The notes under the pieces were generated by a model. That model was given only the letters and a program-made list of their open reading frames with translations. It ran no database searches and was not told where the DNA came from. A stretch of DNA of 64,000 nucleotides from Eledone cirrhosa (lineage: Eukaryota): the NCBI GenBank assembly GCA_964016885.1, contig OZ024741.1, positions 166,098,001-166,162,000 on the forward strand. The letters run 5' to 3'. The position numbers were made by a program, and so were the translations under genes. Every line of letters starts with the position of its first letter. Within the stretch, counting starts at the first letter, position 1. Below, piece by piece: positions 29,211 to 40,677 of the stretch.

Positions 29211-32200
29211 TTGAGAGTTGGCTGTTTGAACGCGCGTGGCCTGGGCTCAGCTTGGAAGCAAGCAAAGCTTCTAAGTGACCTCAGGTCACAAAGTATAGAT
29301 GTGATGGTTGTTTGCGAGAGTCGGATCAGCAGCGTGAGACAGCTGGCGCCCGCCTTCGATGACTTTGAGATGCACGCATCTCTCTGTCAACCCGGAGGCG
29401 GGGGGGGGGGGGGAGTTGCCGTACTGCTGGATAAACGTCTGACTCTCGACGTACAGATTGTTCACTCGGACCCGGGGGGTCGATTACTGGTGCTGGACGT
29501 CGGAGGCGGTGAAGGCGGGGCTTTCAGACTGGTCGGTCTTTATGCTCCCTTCGGGGCGGAAAGAGCCGACTTCTTCCAACGTCTGGAGACTTTTCTAGGA
29601 ACGTCGCGTTCCCTGCTTTTAGTGGGGGACTGGAATGGAATCCTAGATGCGCGTTGGGACTATGCAGGGGCATGTCCCGATAGAGGGGGGTGTAGCAGCC
29701 TCAAGGGGTTACTCGATCGATTCGACCTGGTCGATAGATTTCGACTAGATTGTCCAACTGCGCCAACCTGGACCTGGGCAAACCGCAGTGGACAATCTAG
29801 ATCGTACCTAGATAGGTTTTTGGTTAGGAGTAAGGATAGGGACGTATTTAGTTGTCCAGAACTGATCATGGTTGGCTATTCAGATCACAAATTAGTGACC
29901 TGCGTGGTCAACCTTGATAGAACGCATAGACAGGGTCCCGGTTACTGGAAGATGAACTTGTCCTTACCGACAAAGAAAGATTACAGAAACCGGATTAGTA
30001 GCTTAGTTAAGATGCGGTTGACGGGAGCGATCGTCAACAGCAGGTGGTGGATATCTCTAAAGAGAGAGATTAGAGTAAGTTCGATAGGTTACAGTAAGGA
30101 ACTAGCGGCGAATAGAAATAGGAGGGAAAGGGAGTTAACAGATAAACTAGAAGAGGCGATTAGGAGCGGAGACGTAGCCAGAGTGTTAGCGACGAGAACG
30201 GCATTGAGCCAGTTCTTTGACGCGAAGCACGAAGGCTGCGTTGTCCGAAGTAAAATACGTGCTTTAGGAAACGAGGGGACCAAAGCTGTTAGCTGGGCCC
30301 GCGTGACAGAAGCCAAGAGTGGGATTAAATCCACCATTCGGTCTTTGCGAGACCAGGATGGACGGGTGATCCTTGAACCTGAGCGAATGTGCGAGACCTT
30401 TCAAAGGCACTTTGCTCGACTGTTCGGAGGTGGCGGGGGGCCGGACGGGGATGTGGACTTCGGTCCATACCTCGACGGTCTACCGCGTCTTTCGAGCGGC
30501 GAAGCGGAGTGCTGCGAAAGGCCAATCACAGCCACTGAAATCGGGGAAGCGCTCAGCCAATGCAGCAGACGCAAATCCCCGGGTCTCGATGGTCTACCAT
30601 ACGAACTTTATTTAGCTATGCCGGTCTTGTTCTCCGAACTCCTCGAGGCTGTCTATTGCAACTGGCAACAGAACGGGAGAATTCCCTGTTCTGTGACCAA
30701 GGGCGTGGTCACGCTAGTGAGGAAGGACGAGAGCAAGGGGGACGACTTAAGTAACTTTAGGCCCATAACTCTGCTGAATGCAGAGTTACAGATTTTGGCC
30801 AAGGTGTTGGCGAAGAGGTTGGCGCTTGTGGTGGGTGGTTTGGTGGGAGACGCGCAGACATGCGCTATCCCGTCCAGGTCCATTCACGACAACCTCCACC
30901 TCATGCGATACATCATAGACAGGGTTGGCTACGAACCCGGCTTTGGTGGGGCCCTGATCAACTTGGATCAATCTAAGGCGTTCGATAGGGTCGACCATGG
31001 TTACCTGGATGCGGTGCTAGCGGCGGCGGGCTTCGGACCCGTTTTCAGGGGCTGGATTTCTGCCATGCACAGTGGCAACATCTACTCTAGGATTAAAGTA
31101 AACGGCTACCTCTCGGAGCCGTTTCAAATCACCCGATCCATCAGACAGGGGTGCCCCTTCTCCTCCCTTCTGTACGTATTGACTCTCGAGCCACTGCTGC
31201 GGAAGTTGGAGTTGCTGCGGGGCATACCCCTGGAACCGGGATTGCACAAAGCGGTCTCGGCCTATGCCGACGACGTAACAGTAATGGTGGCGGACGCCTC
31301 GGAAATCGGGGCGATCGCCACCCTACTGGAGGAATACGAAAGGCTGACGGGGGCTAAGCTGAACCAGGACAAGTCAGTCGGTTTGCAACTCGGAACGTGG
31401 AGGGGCAAACCGATGCCGTTAGACGGTGTCGTCGGGCGGTGGACGGAGGGCCCGGTGAAGCTGCTCGGGGTCTGGTTCGGACCGGACCTCCAGGTGGAGA
31501 AGAATTGGGGCGAGGTGACGAGCAGGGTGTTTGCGCTGACCCAGAAGTGGGCCAAGTGCAAACTATCACTGAAAGGTCGGGCGGAGGTGACGAACGCTTA
31601 CATAGCGTCCGTCATCTACTACCGCCTGACCGTCGTGCCTTGCCCCAAGGAAAAGCTCACCATCATGGAACGCATGCTCTTCCAGTTCCTCTGGAAGAAG
31701 CGGCCTCCCATGGTGAGGAGATCCATCTGCTGCCAGCACCCTTCGAAAGGAGGGCTGGGTATGCCGTGGCTGTTGATGCGTAGGCACGCATTGAGGCTAC
31801 GGCATCTACAGGTATTCCTCAACGGTCAGCCGGTGTGGGCCCCGCTCACGGCTATCTGGCAAGCGGACCCGACTGTCAGTGGAGAATCCACCTCGACATT
31901 CTATAGAGGGTTGGTGGCTAGCAGGGGCGACGACACCCTTGGAGAGTCGCTAGGCATGGAGGAGGACGAACTGGCCAGCCTGTTCGGTAGAACTTTCGGC
32001 CCGGGACCCATGGACAACTTCCAGAGGTCCCTAGCCTGGCAGTGTTACCGGGGGGCTCTGCCCGTTCGAGAAAAGCTCTACAGACACGGGCGCCCGGGCA
32101 GGGATCCCGCGAAAAAGATCTGTCCCAGATGCGTGCGCGACGAGGAAACCGTTGCGCATGCACTGGTACACTGCCCGGGCGTTGCCGATCTGTGGGGCTA

Positions 32201-32537
32201 CGTCGAACGACTGCTGTCGCGTGTGGCGCCGATTCGATTAACCGCCGAGTCTGTGGTGAACATCAAGCCGCCTCCTCCCTTCAGAAATGAAGCAGAGGCG
32301 GTCTTTCTGTGCGTAATAGCCATGATGAAAGAGGTTGTGTGGTGGACGCGCCTGAAAGGTCTGAGGTCGGGTGACTTTCTCTCCGGCCATCACCTGGTTT
32401 ACTTCTTCCGATACCACTTCGGAAGAAGAATCAGGATGGAGAGAGAAGTGCTTGGTCCCAGACAGTTTTATGAAAGGTGGGTAAAAGAAGCGAGAATGGC
32501 CCGTGTAAATGGGCCTTCTCTCTACATTGTTCTGTAG
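29211..32537 (+). CDS. Tx1 ORF2p: APE endonuclease, RT, C-terminal CCHC
   Basis: CLNARGL, VGDWNG, SYLDRF, SDH; GPGYWKMN; KSPGLDGLP, FRPITLLN, DQSKAFDRV, RQGCP, AYADD; CPRC..ETVAHALVHC; no ATG at the homologous start. Confidence 0.92.
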   Translation: MRVGCLNARGLGSAWKQAKLLSDLRSQSIDVMVVCESRISSVRQLAPAFDDFEMHASLCQPGGGGGGGVAVLLDKRLTLDVQIVHSDPGGRLLVLDVGGGEGGAFRLVGLYAPFGAERADFFQRLETFLGTSRSLLLVGDWNGILDARWDYAGACPDRGGCSSLKGLLDRFDLVDRFRLDCPTAPTWTWANRSGQSRSYLDRFLVRSKDRDVFSCPELIMVGYSDHKLVTCVVNLDRTHRQGPGYWKMNLSLPTKKDYRNRISSLVKMRLTGAIVNSRWWISLKREIRVSSIGYSKELAANRNRRERELTDKLEEAIRSGDVARVLATRTALSQFFDAKHEGCVVRSKIRALGNEGTKAVSWARVTEAKSGIKSTIRSLRDQDGRVILEPERMCETFQRHFARLFGGGGGPDGDVDFGPYLDGLPRLSSGEAECCERPITATEIGEALSQCSRRKSPGLDGLPYELYLAMPVLFSELLEAVYCNWQQNGRIPCSVTKGVVTLVRKDESKGDDLSNFRPITLLNAELQILAKVLAKRLALVVGGLVGDAQTCAIPSRSIHDNLHLMRYIIDRVGYEPGFGGALINLDQSKAFDRVDHGYLDAVLAAAGFGPVFRGWISAMHSGNIYSRIKVNGYLSEPFQITRSIRQGCPFSSLLYVLTLEPLLRKLELLRGIPLEPGLHKAVSAYADDVTVMVADASEIGAIATLLEEYERLTGAKLNQDKSVGLQLGTWRGKPMPLDGVVGRWTEGPVKLLGVWFGPDLQVEKNWGEVTSRVFALTQKWAKCKLSLKGRAEVTNAYIASVIYYRLTVVPCPKEKLTIMERMLFQFLWKKRPPMVRRSICCQHPSKGGLGMPWLLMRRHALRLRHLQVFLNGQPVWAPLTAIWQADPTVSGESTSTFYRGLVASRGDDTLGESLGMEEDELASLFGRTFGPGPMDNFQRSLAWQCYRGALPVREKLYRHGRPGRDPAKKICPRCVRDEETVAHALVHCPGVADLWGYVERLLSRVAPIRLTAESVVNIKPPPPFRNEAEAVFLCVIAMMKEVVWWTRLKGLRSGDFLSGHHLVYFFRYHFGRRIRMEREVLGPRQFYERWVKEARMARVNGPSLYIVL

Positions 32538-32782
32538 GTGAAGAAGTGAAGAGGAAAGGGGGAGCGCCTCCTCTCTGGGCTTCCCCCGCGAAAAGAGTTG
32601 CACACTTTTTGGGGGTATGTGCAATCCCCAACACGCCCCCTCCCTTTTGAGGACTTTTTATTGTTATATTATTATTGTTATTCCTTTTTTTCTTTACTCG
32701 ATTTATGTAAACTCCCCCACTGTGTAAATGTCCCCTTCTTTTGTGCCCTCGTGGCAAATAAATAGAAATTTATCTATCTATC

Positions 32783-33037
32783 TCTATATCAGCCTGTAGG
32801 TTGAGGAAAAGGAGGAGGAGAGGAAAGGAGTACAAACTCTTCGTACTCCTGGAGATGAGGGTTGCACATTTTTTTTCGGGGGTATGTGTTACCCATATAA
32901 ACTGTCTCCTCCTATTGGGGAAATCGACTAACTTTTTAAATTCCATTTGTGATAACATTTTACACGTTTTTATTGTATGTAAACTTTCCCCCTTTGTATT
33001 TGTCCCCTTCTTTTGTGCCCCTGTGGCTAATAAAGAA

Positions 33038-33039
<2 letters not shown>
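32783..33039 (+). mobile_element. Tx1-type 3' UTR fragment followed by (TATC)n
   Basis: Homologous to 32525-32769; ends GTGGCTAATAAAGAAAT|CTATC. Confidence 0.8.
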
Positions 33040-33092
<53 letters not shown>

Positions 33093-33302
33093 CATCTATA
33101 TAACAACAATGCCACCATCACTACCTCAATCACCATCACCATCACCACCACTATCACTATCACCATCACCATCACCACCACCATCACCATCACCACCACT
33201 ATCACTATCACCATCACCACCACCATCACCATCACCACCACCACCACCACCATCATCATCACTATCACCACCACCATCACTATCACTATCACCACCACCT
33301 TT

Positions 33303-33510
33303 ATTTAGGCACAAGGCTAACAATTTTGGGTAGAGGGGAAAGTCGATTAAATCGACCTCAGTTCGTTACTGGTACTTTATTTTATCGACCCTGTAAGGAT
33401 GAAAGGCAAAGTTAAAAGTGGCTCGATTTGAACTTAGAACATAAAGGAGCGTAACTTTATGCTGCAAAGCGTATTGTCCAACGTTCTACCGATACTGTCA
33501 ATTCACCATA
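33303..33510 (-). mobile_element. Family-1 SINE (long form)
   Basis: Same core and tail motifs. Confidence 0.8.
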
Positions 33511-34504
33511 ATGTATTTATGTATGTAAGAATGTATGTTCTTCTGGTTTTATAATTTCACAAATGTTTACCAATAGAGAGAGAGTCGGTTTCTAACATAG
33601 ACACAAGACTCTCTCATTGGAATTTAAACAACATCAACTAGGTAGATATGTCTGCATGCCTGCATGCATGCATGTGTGCAGGTATGGATGTTATTGTATG
33701 TGTGGATGTGGATGTTTTGAGTTGTATGTGTGCGTGTGTATATGTTTGTATCTGTACAAGTGTATGTTTCGGTATGATATTAAAGAGAGTGGGGCCAGTT
33801 GAGGTGAAGTAGTTATGTCGTATGGTTGCTGAGATGCGAGTTTGATTTTAATAGTGAGTGGATAGCATGGGAACCAAGCCATGGGTGGTATGTATGTATG
33901 TATGTATGTATGTATGTATGTATGTATGTATGTATGTATGTATGTATGTATGTATGTATGTATGTATTGTTCTTCTTTTTGGTAAATATCATCTTGGTTA
34001 AGAGAGTGGGACTGGCTTTGTGCAGTGCCTTTGCTCACTATAAAAGCTTCATGACACAGGCATTGCTTTATATTTGGAGATCTCTCTGCACTTGTCCTCA
34101 CATGGTACCATGGGCCCAGCACTATGTGTCAATGATTGTCACAAGTGTAGTGTTTGTACCAGAGCTTTCAAGTCGCTGGCTGGACTAAAAAGTCATACTC
34201 GTTCAGCGCATCGGTAGGGGTTCTCCTACATGGATATAAAGTAGTGGTGGTACTCGAAAACGAGTTGGCAGCCACCATGTATGTATGTATAGAGATAGAT
34301 AGATGAATGGATATATTCTAGCGAACCATCTAGTTAGATAGATATGTACATTTGTACCCGAATATGGGTACATATGTACATTGCAACGTCAATATATATG
34401 TATGTATAAAAGGATCGATCGACTTTCGTCAAATCGGACCGCAGAAACAATGTTTCCGTCGGTCTTTCCAGTTGCTAGTACTATCTATCGGTCGCAACTC
34501 CAGG

Positions 34505-34630
34505 TAGAAGGAGCAACGTGAAATAAAGTGTCTTGCTCAAGGACATAACGCCACGCCCGGTCCAGGAATCGAACTCACAACCTCAAGATTGTGAATCCAA
34601 TTCTCTAACCACTCAGCCACATGCCTTCAC
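34505..34630 (-). mobile_element. Family-2 tRNA-derived SINE head
   Basis: TGGCTGAGTGG A box, GAGTTCGATTCC B box; homologous to 1-120. Confidence 0.78.
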
Positions 34631-34825
34631 TATATGTATGTATATAGCTATATAAATTAATGTATACATGTATATATGTATGTGTGCCCTCTTAAAATAT
34701 ATGTCCTTGACACAAAAAGTGGTTGGAAACAAAAATAACAAGACTGACCTTTAGTCAATATATTACTGGAAACACACACACAAATCTCCCCCCACCCCTC
34801 TCTCTCTTCTCTCTCTCTCTCTCTC

Positions 34826-34857
<32 letters not shown>

Positions 34858-34860
<3 letters not shown>

Positions 34861-34933
34861 TGTGACCCCAAAAATATATACACACGTCATCAGCATTCGA
34901 ATAAATATGAGTATACCTTTTTTGGACATCCTG
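34858..34933. mobile_element. Tc1/mariner-type MITE
   Basis: TA|CAGTGTGACCCCAAAAA...TTTTTGGACATCCTG|TA; related to 7065-7142. Confidence 0.68.
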
Positions 34934-34986
34934 TATATATATAAATACATATATATACATATACATACATATTTATACACACAGAT

Positions 34987-35091
<105 letters not shown>

Positions 35092-35144
35092 TATATATAT
35101 ATACGATATTAAACAAATGGAAACTATATTTATAAGACCATATT

Positions 35145-35210
35145 TATTTCATTATACATATTTCAGGGATACCATATTAAAAATATGGCATGCCTTCGTC
35201 AGATAAAATA
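35145..35210 (-). ncRNA. Type I hammerhead motif
   Basis: Mirror of 35588-35653 with one difference in stem II. Confidence 0.72.
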
Positions 35211-35249
35211 CAATATATAAACAGTTTTATAAATAATTTTGACGATATA

Positions 35250-35285
<36 letters not shown>

Positions 35286-35514
35286 AATATATACATATAT
35301 ATACATATATATTAACTTACTGGTAATAAGGTAGTAATATATTACTGCCTACCACTATTTAGGGTTTATAAAAATATAGATAACTGCAAAAGGTTTTTGT
35401 ATTTGCATAACCATAGATAGTATAATCAATACTACATATATATATAAATATTATATATATATATACTACCTTATTACCAGTAAGTTAATATATATGTATA
35501 TATATGTATATATT

Positions 35515-35550
<36 letters not shown>

Positions 35551-35587
35551 TATCGTCAAAATTATTTATAAAACTGTTTATATATTG

Positions 35588-35653
35588 TATTTTATCTGAC
35601 GAAGGCATGCCATATTTTTAATATGGTATACCTGAAATATGTATAATGAAATA
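35588..35653 (+). ncRNA. Type I hammerhead motif
   Basis: TATTTTAT-CTGACGA-AGGCATGCCATATT-TTT-AATATGGTATACCT-GAAA-TATGTA-TA-ATGAAATA. Confidence 0.75.
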
Positions 35654-35727
35654 AATATGGTCTTATAAATATAGTTTCCATTTGTTTAATATCGTATATA
35701 TATATATAATTATATATATATATATAA

Positions 35728-38700
35728 TTCACCCATTTACCTAGGACAAAACGATCTATCCCCACAAACAGCCACCACCATAATACATACTCTAATTTAA
35801 CACCAACACAACCACCAATAACTCAAACAAGGAATCCACAAATCTGCCGTTTTTCCCTGCGAGACATATTGTGTTTAGACCGGGATTGTCCCTTTACCCA
35901 TCTCCCGGGGACCCGTCGGATAAATGAAAATAAAATTAAAAATAAAAGCAAAAACAAAAACCATAACCTACATAAAAATAACCACTACCACAGTCACCAA
36001 CAGTCTTCTAAACAGGAAACTTCTTCCTCTTTTTTAGCCATAATGAATCTGGCAAAAGAACTGGAAAAAAACATTCGAGCTATCACCCAGCACCACCCTC
36101 CACTATCACCCCACTGCACAAACTCCCATTGCTGCCATTAACAAACAAACAAATTAACAACACACCAAAACAATTAAAACCATCCACTCTCGCCTCTACA
36201 TTTTTGCTTAACGCCCAAGGCATCAGCCCTTCCACCAATACTCAAAAATGGAAGATCAAATTCCTGGAGGACTGGATTGATGTCCATCCAAACCACATCC
36301 CTTTCTTCGTCCTCACTGAAACCCATCTCAGTAACCTCCACTTGGAAGCCGAGGTGAAAGTGAAAAATTTCAAAGCCATCCGTGCTGATCGCGCTGGCAG
36401 AAGAAAGGGCAGAACTGCCATTTATGTCCATAATTCTTTCTCAACAGAGGCTATGAACATATTCACTAATGGATACTGTGAGGCAGTCACTGTATTCAGT
36501 CAAACCAACAACCTATTAGTAGTTGGGCTCTATAGGCCACCCCAAACGCCTGTACCATGCTTCAAGGAATGCCTCAACAGCATAAAGTGTTTCATCCAAG
36601 AGTGTCACCCTGACAACATCTTAATGATGGGGGACTTCAACCTCCCCGGAGTTGACTGGTCCACAAACACCCTGCCACCAGGTTCTTCTGCCTCAACCTC
36701 TGACAGGGAAGCTGTGGAATCGCTTCTTGACTTCATGGATGATTTCTTCCTATCCCAACTAGTGCTCGAACCAACGAGGTGCCACAAAAACGTCCTAGAC
36801 TTAATTTTCAGCAATCACACTGACAATATCCACAATATTGCAGTGGAGAAAACTCTACTCTCTGATCATGACATGGTTCTCTGTGATCTGAGATTCCACC
36901 GTCCAATATACAAACCCAATGTCATCTCTCCTGTCCATCCGTTTGACGCTATGGATTTCCACAATGCAAACTGGGAAGCGATCAGTCATGATCTTGCAGA
37001 TGTCGACTGGTCCTTCACGCACACTCATACACCCACTAACATCAAAAAGTCCTGGCAGACATTTGTGGACACTGTTACAAACATATGTGCTAAACACACC
37101 CCATTAAGAACTATAAACAAATCTAAGAGCAGAATCCCTAGAAATAGAAAAACGCTCATCAGAAAAATTAAGAGAACGAACAAAAAAATCAACAAGCTGA
37201 AATACTGTCAGCAGCAACACATCAACTTGACTGCCATTTCATCACTAGAGATTAAAAAACATAACCTCCAAAACAACATAATGTCCCTCATCAACAATCA
37301 GAGAAGAGCTGAAGAGGCCTGGGCCATTGAGAAGATCAAACTCAATCCCAAAGTGTTCTTTTCATTTGCAAAAAAACACAAAATCACTGGCTCTACTGTT
37401 GGCCCTCTAATTGATGAAAATGGCACTCTTCAAGACAATGCTAAAACCATGGGTGAGATACTGCAGAAACAATACTGCTCTGTTTTCAGCAATCCTGATA
37501 TGGCCGATCTGGGCTGTATCGGCGATGTTACTCCCCATTACACCTTATCGGACATAACGTTTGGCGCCCCTGATGTCTTGGCGGCAATAAAGGAAATCAA
37601 GCATAATTCAGCAGTAGGTCCCGATAGGTTCCCTGCTTGTGTCTTGAAGGCGTGTCAACACCAACTTGCTTTTCCTCTTGCCAATCTGTGGCGGAACTCA
37701 CTGGATGCTGGATATGTGCCAGAAAACCTTCTATCCCAGTCTGTTGTCCCAGTTTTCAAAAAGGGAAACAAATCCCTTGCCGTGAATTACCGTCCAATCT
37801 CACTCACCTCTCATATCATTAAGGTATTTGAGCGAGTGGTGAGATCGCGAATGACCCACTTCCTTGAGAGTAACAATATGCTGAACTCCAACCAGCATGG
37901 ATTCCGTAATGGAAGGGATTGCCTGACGCAACTACTGCATCACTTTGATGACATTTTGAGAGCCTTGGGAGAGGGTTCCAACACTGATGTTATCTACCTT
38001 GATTTCAGCAAGGCCTTTGACAGGGTTGGTCATAACATTCTACTGAGAAAGCTGTCCAATATTGGTGTCACTGGAAAGCTGCTGCAGTGGATCAAGAGCT
38101 TCCTGTCAAACAGAACCCAACATGTTGTATTTGAGGGAGTCAAATCAAGCCCAGCCAAAGTCAGTAGTGGAGTCCCACAAGGCACTGTGTTGGGCCCACT
38201 TCTCTTCATCATCTATATTAATGACATCACTGACATCATCAAACATAGCAACATTAAAATTTTCGCTGATGATTCCAAGCTCCAAAAGGTCATCAATGGC
38301 GTGGATGACCGGATAAGCCTTCAGTCAGACCTACTGGCTGTTACCCAATGGGCAGAAAAGAACAACATGTTACTGAACGAAGACAAATTCGAACTGATCC
38401 ACTTTGGAAAAGAGGATGCTCTGAAACTCCCGTACTCCCTTCCCTCCGGGGAAACTCTCGTGGCATCTAACAACATCAGAGACTTGGGAGTAACCGTGGA
38501 CAGCAACATAAGCTGGACCACGCATATAAGCAGCAAAGTTGACATGGCCCGCAGAATGTGTTCCTGGATCCTCAGAACCTTCCAGTCGAGAGATTCCCGC
38601 ACCATTATCTTTCTCTTCTCTACTTTCGCCCGACCACACCTTGAATACTGTTGTCCACTGTGGTCTCCCCACACGAAACAAAGTATCATGAAACTTGAAG

Positions 38701-39233
38701 CTCCTCAAAGGGCAATCACGAAAAAGATAGATGGCATGTCAGACCTTGACTACTGGGGTCGATTGGAAAACCTGAAACTTTACTCACTCCAACGTCGCCG
38801 TGAGCGTTATATTATCTGCATGATGTGGAAAATGTTCCATCATCACTGCCCAAATGATGTTGGCATCGCCTTCAAGATACACCCAAGGCTTGGGCCCCGT
38901 GCTATCCGTCCCATTCAAAAATCTAAATCGCAACTCATAACAACAATACGGCACAATTATTTCACCTCAATCGGCCCTGCTCTCTTCAACATCACACCAG
39001 GACACGTCAAAACAGAAACTGACCACACAAAATTCAAGAAGTCTTTGGACAAATTCCTCCAAGTAATCCCGGACAAACCACCGACACCCGGATATGTCTC
39101 CGCAAACAGTAATTCTCTTCTCGAATGGGCCATGGTGCCCAAATCCTGAATTGAAAGACTTCGCCAGGTGGTGCTATTAAGTTAGACATGGCCTGGGCCA
39201 ATACTGGCCAAAACATTTCAAAGTTATTCAAAG

Positions 39234-39236
<3 letters not shown>
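35728..39236 (+). mobile_element. CR1-group LINE, 5'-truncated in ORF1, inserted in (TA)n
   Basis: ORF1 remnant with C..C..C..H motif (CRF..ILCLDRDCPFTH), intact ORF2, tail repeat (TTCAAAGTTA)x2. Confidence 0.85.
36129..39149 (+). CDS. CR1-type ORF2p, APE endonuclease + RT
   Basis: LTETHL, GLYRPP, MGDFNLP, LDLIF, SDH; YRPISLTS, QHGFR, YLDFSKAFDRV, GVPQGTVLGPLLF, FADD; RPHLEYCCPLWSP; start codon uncertain. Confidence 0.93.
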   Translation: MLPLTNKQINNTPKQLKPSTLASTFLLNAQGISPSTNTQKWKIKFLEDWIDVHPNHIPFFVLTETHLSNLHLEAEVKVKNFKAIRADRAGRRKGRTAIYVHNSFSTEAMNIFTNGYCEAVTVFSQTNNLLVVGLYRPPQTPVPCFKECLNSIKCFIQECHPDNILMMGDFNLPGVDWSTNTLPPGSSASTSDREAVESLLDFMDDFFLSQLVLEPTRCHKNVLDLIFSNHTDNIHNIAVEKTLLSDHDMVLCDLRFHRPIYKPNVISPVHPFDAMDFHNANWEAISHDLADVDWSFTHTHTPTNIKKSWQTFVDTVTNICAKHTPLRTINKSKSRIPRNRKTLIRKIKRTNKKINKLKYCQQQHINLTAISSLEIKKHNLQNNIMSLINNQRRAEEAWAIEKIKLNPKVFFSFAKKHKITGSTVGPLIDENGTLQDNAKTMGEILQKQYCSVFSNPDMADLGCIGDVTPHYTLSDITFGAPDVLAAIKEIKHNSAVGPDRFPACVLKACQHQLAFPLANLWRNSLDAGYVPENLLSQSVVPVFKKGNKSLAVNYRPISLTSHIIKVFERVVRSRMTHFLESNNMLNSNQHGFRNGRDCLTQLLHHFDDILRALGEGSNTDVIYLDFSKAFDRVGHNILLRKLSNIGVTGKLLQWIKSFLSNRTQHVVFEGVKSSPAKVSSGVPQGTVLGPLLFIIYINDITDIIKHSNIKIFADDSKLQKVINGVDDRISLQSDLLAVTQWAEKNNMLLNEDKFELIHFGKEDALKLPYSLPSGETLVASNNIRDLGVTVDSNISWTTHISSKVDMARRMCSWILRTFQSRDSRTIIFLFSTFARPHLEYCCPLWSPHTKQSIMKLEAPQRAITKKIDGMSDLDYWGRLENLKLYSLQRRRERYIICMMWKMFHHHCPNDVGIAFKIHPRLGPRAIRPIQKSKSQLITTIRHNYFTSIGPALFNITPGHVKTETDHTKFKKSLDKFLQVIPDKPPTPGYVSANSNSLLEWAMVPKS

Positions 39237-39302
<66 letters not shown>

Positions 39303-39330
39303 TGTGTGTGTGTGTGTGCATATATACACA

Positions 39331-40463
39331 TCTCTATATATAAAACAGAGGATATCCGACCGAATTTTACAGACACCTGCGTTACTTATATTTCTTGAAG
39401 TTCAATGGGCTTTAACATTTTAACTTTTTCCCTAGGGCCCCCATTAGGCGAAAAACCTCATTTTAAAGGCACTTTAAAGATTTTTTGAGGCGTAACTTAA
39501 AGATAATCCAGCCGATTTCCTCGAAATTTGCAGCACACATTAGTTAGTCCGCTCGCATTGCTGTGGACAAAAGAATTTCCGATTCCATTAATGGTTTCTA
39601 GGAAATACACGAATTAACATTTTAAATATAAACGCTACTTAAACATCGTAAGTAGCGTATAATATTTCGTTAAAATTTGGTTTATTTAACAGAGGACACA
39701 ATACTTACTTACTTTTAAGCAGGACCATTTTCGGGGGATTGAGGAAATGGGGAGGACCTTAACATTTTTGTCGGCGCCCTGTTGACGCTTCATGCTTTCA
39801 TCACGCGAAAATCCGGGCCCTGTGTACGTTGCCGTGTTATTGACACAGTAAAACTCACGTCTGTGCTACTTTTACTAAGACCCTTTTTGTTGCACCTACA
39901 CTGCAGTATAAACGCCCTGCGCAAGTACGCCGAACAGCGGTTGTGCTAATACCGTGGTGATCCCTTTTGTTGCACCTTTGTTGCTCTGTAAACGCAGTGC
40001 AACCAGTGCCGCCCAGCGTTTGTGCTAATTGCACTATGACCTCCTTCTGCTGCAGCTGCGTTGCCACGCTGATTTCGTCATCTCAATACAACGTACATCC
40101 CTACTTGGTTTTCACACAATTGACTACGTTGCTCCTTCAGACTGATATGTGTTCCCCATCCGTGACATACATCGCCCCACAACACTTACTCCTTTCACAT
40201 ACAGGATTTCAGCAATCAGCCCACTAACACTGCTACTACTGGTATCCCTGCTCGAGATCAATCCTCCACTCATCCAGATTTTGCACATGCGTGCGGATGT
40301 TTCACGATTCGGGTCTTCTGGTGTTCTACGTTTCCAGTAGATGAGCAACGTTTCTTTGAGAATAAAGGAATTCAAAAAGTACACAGCTACATTCCTCAAT
40401 CTTTGCATATCCGTATTGCTATTTCACGTTTCCTACCCAGTGCAACGCCAGGTCCTGCTGCTA

Positions 40464-40464
<1 letters not shown>
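39331..40464 (+). mobile_element. Non-autonomous Helitron
   Basis: A|TCTCTATATATAAAA start; CCCAGTGCAACGCCAGG + CTGCTAG|T end, like the 10288 element. Confidence 0.78.
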
Positions 40465-40501
<37 letters not shown>

Positions 40502-40597
40502 CGTTGCGCCCTTATAATATATGTCTGTATGTCTGCCTGTCTGCATTATGACATTATGACGTCGCTATCTGTGTATGTGTGTATATATCTATATATA

Positions 40598-40673
<76 letters not shown>

Positions 40674-40677
<4 letters not shown>

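Larger units (their letters stand above)
27168..32769 (+). mobile_element. Full-length L1/Tx1-clade LINE (family A) in a (TATC)n tract
   Basis: 5' UTR, ORF1, ORF2, 3' UTR; TATC repeats on both sides. Confidence 0.92.
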
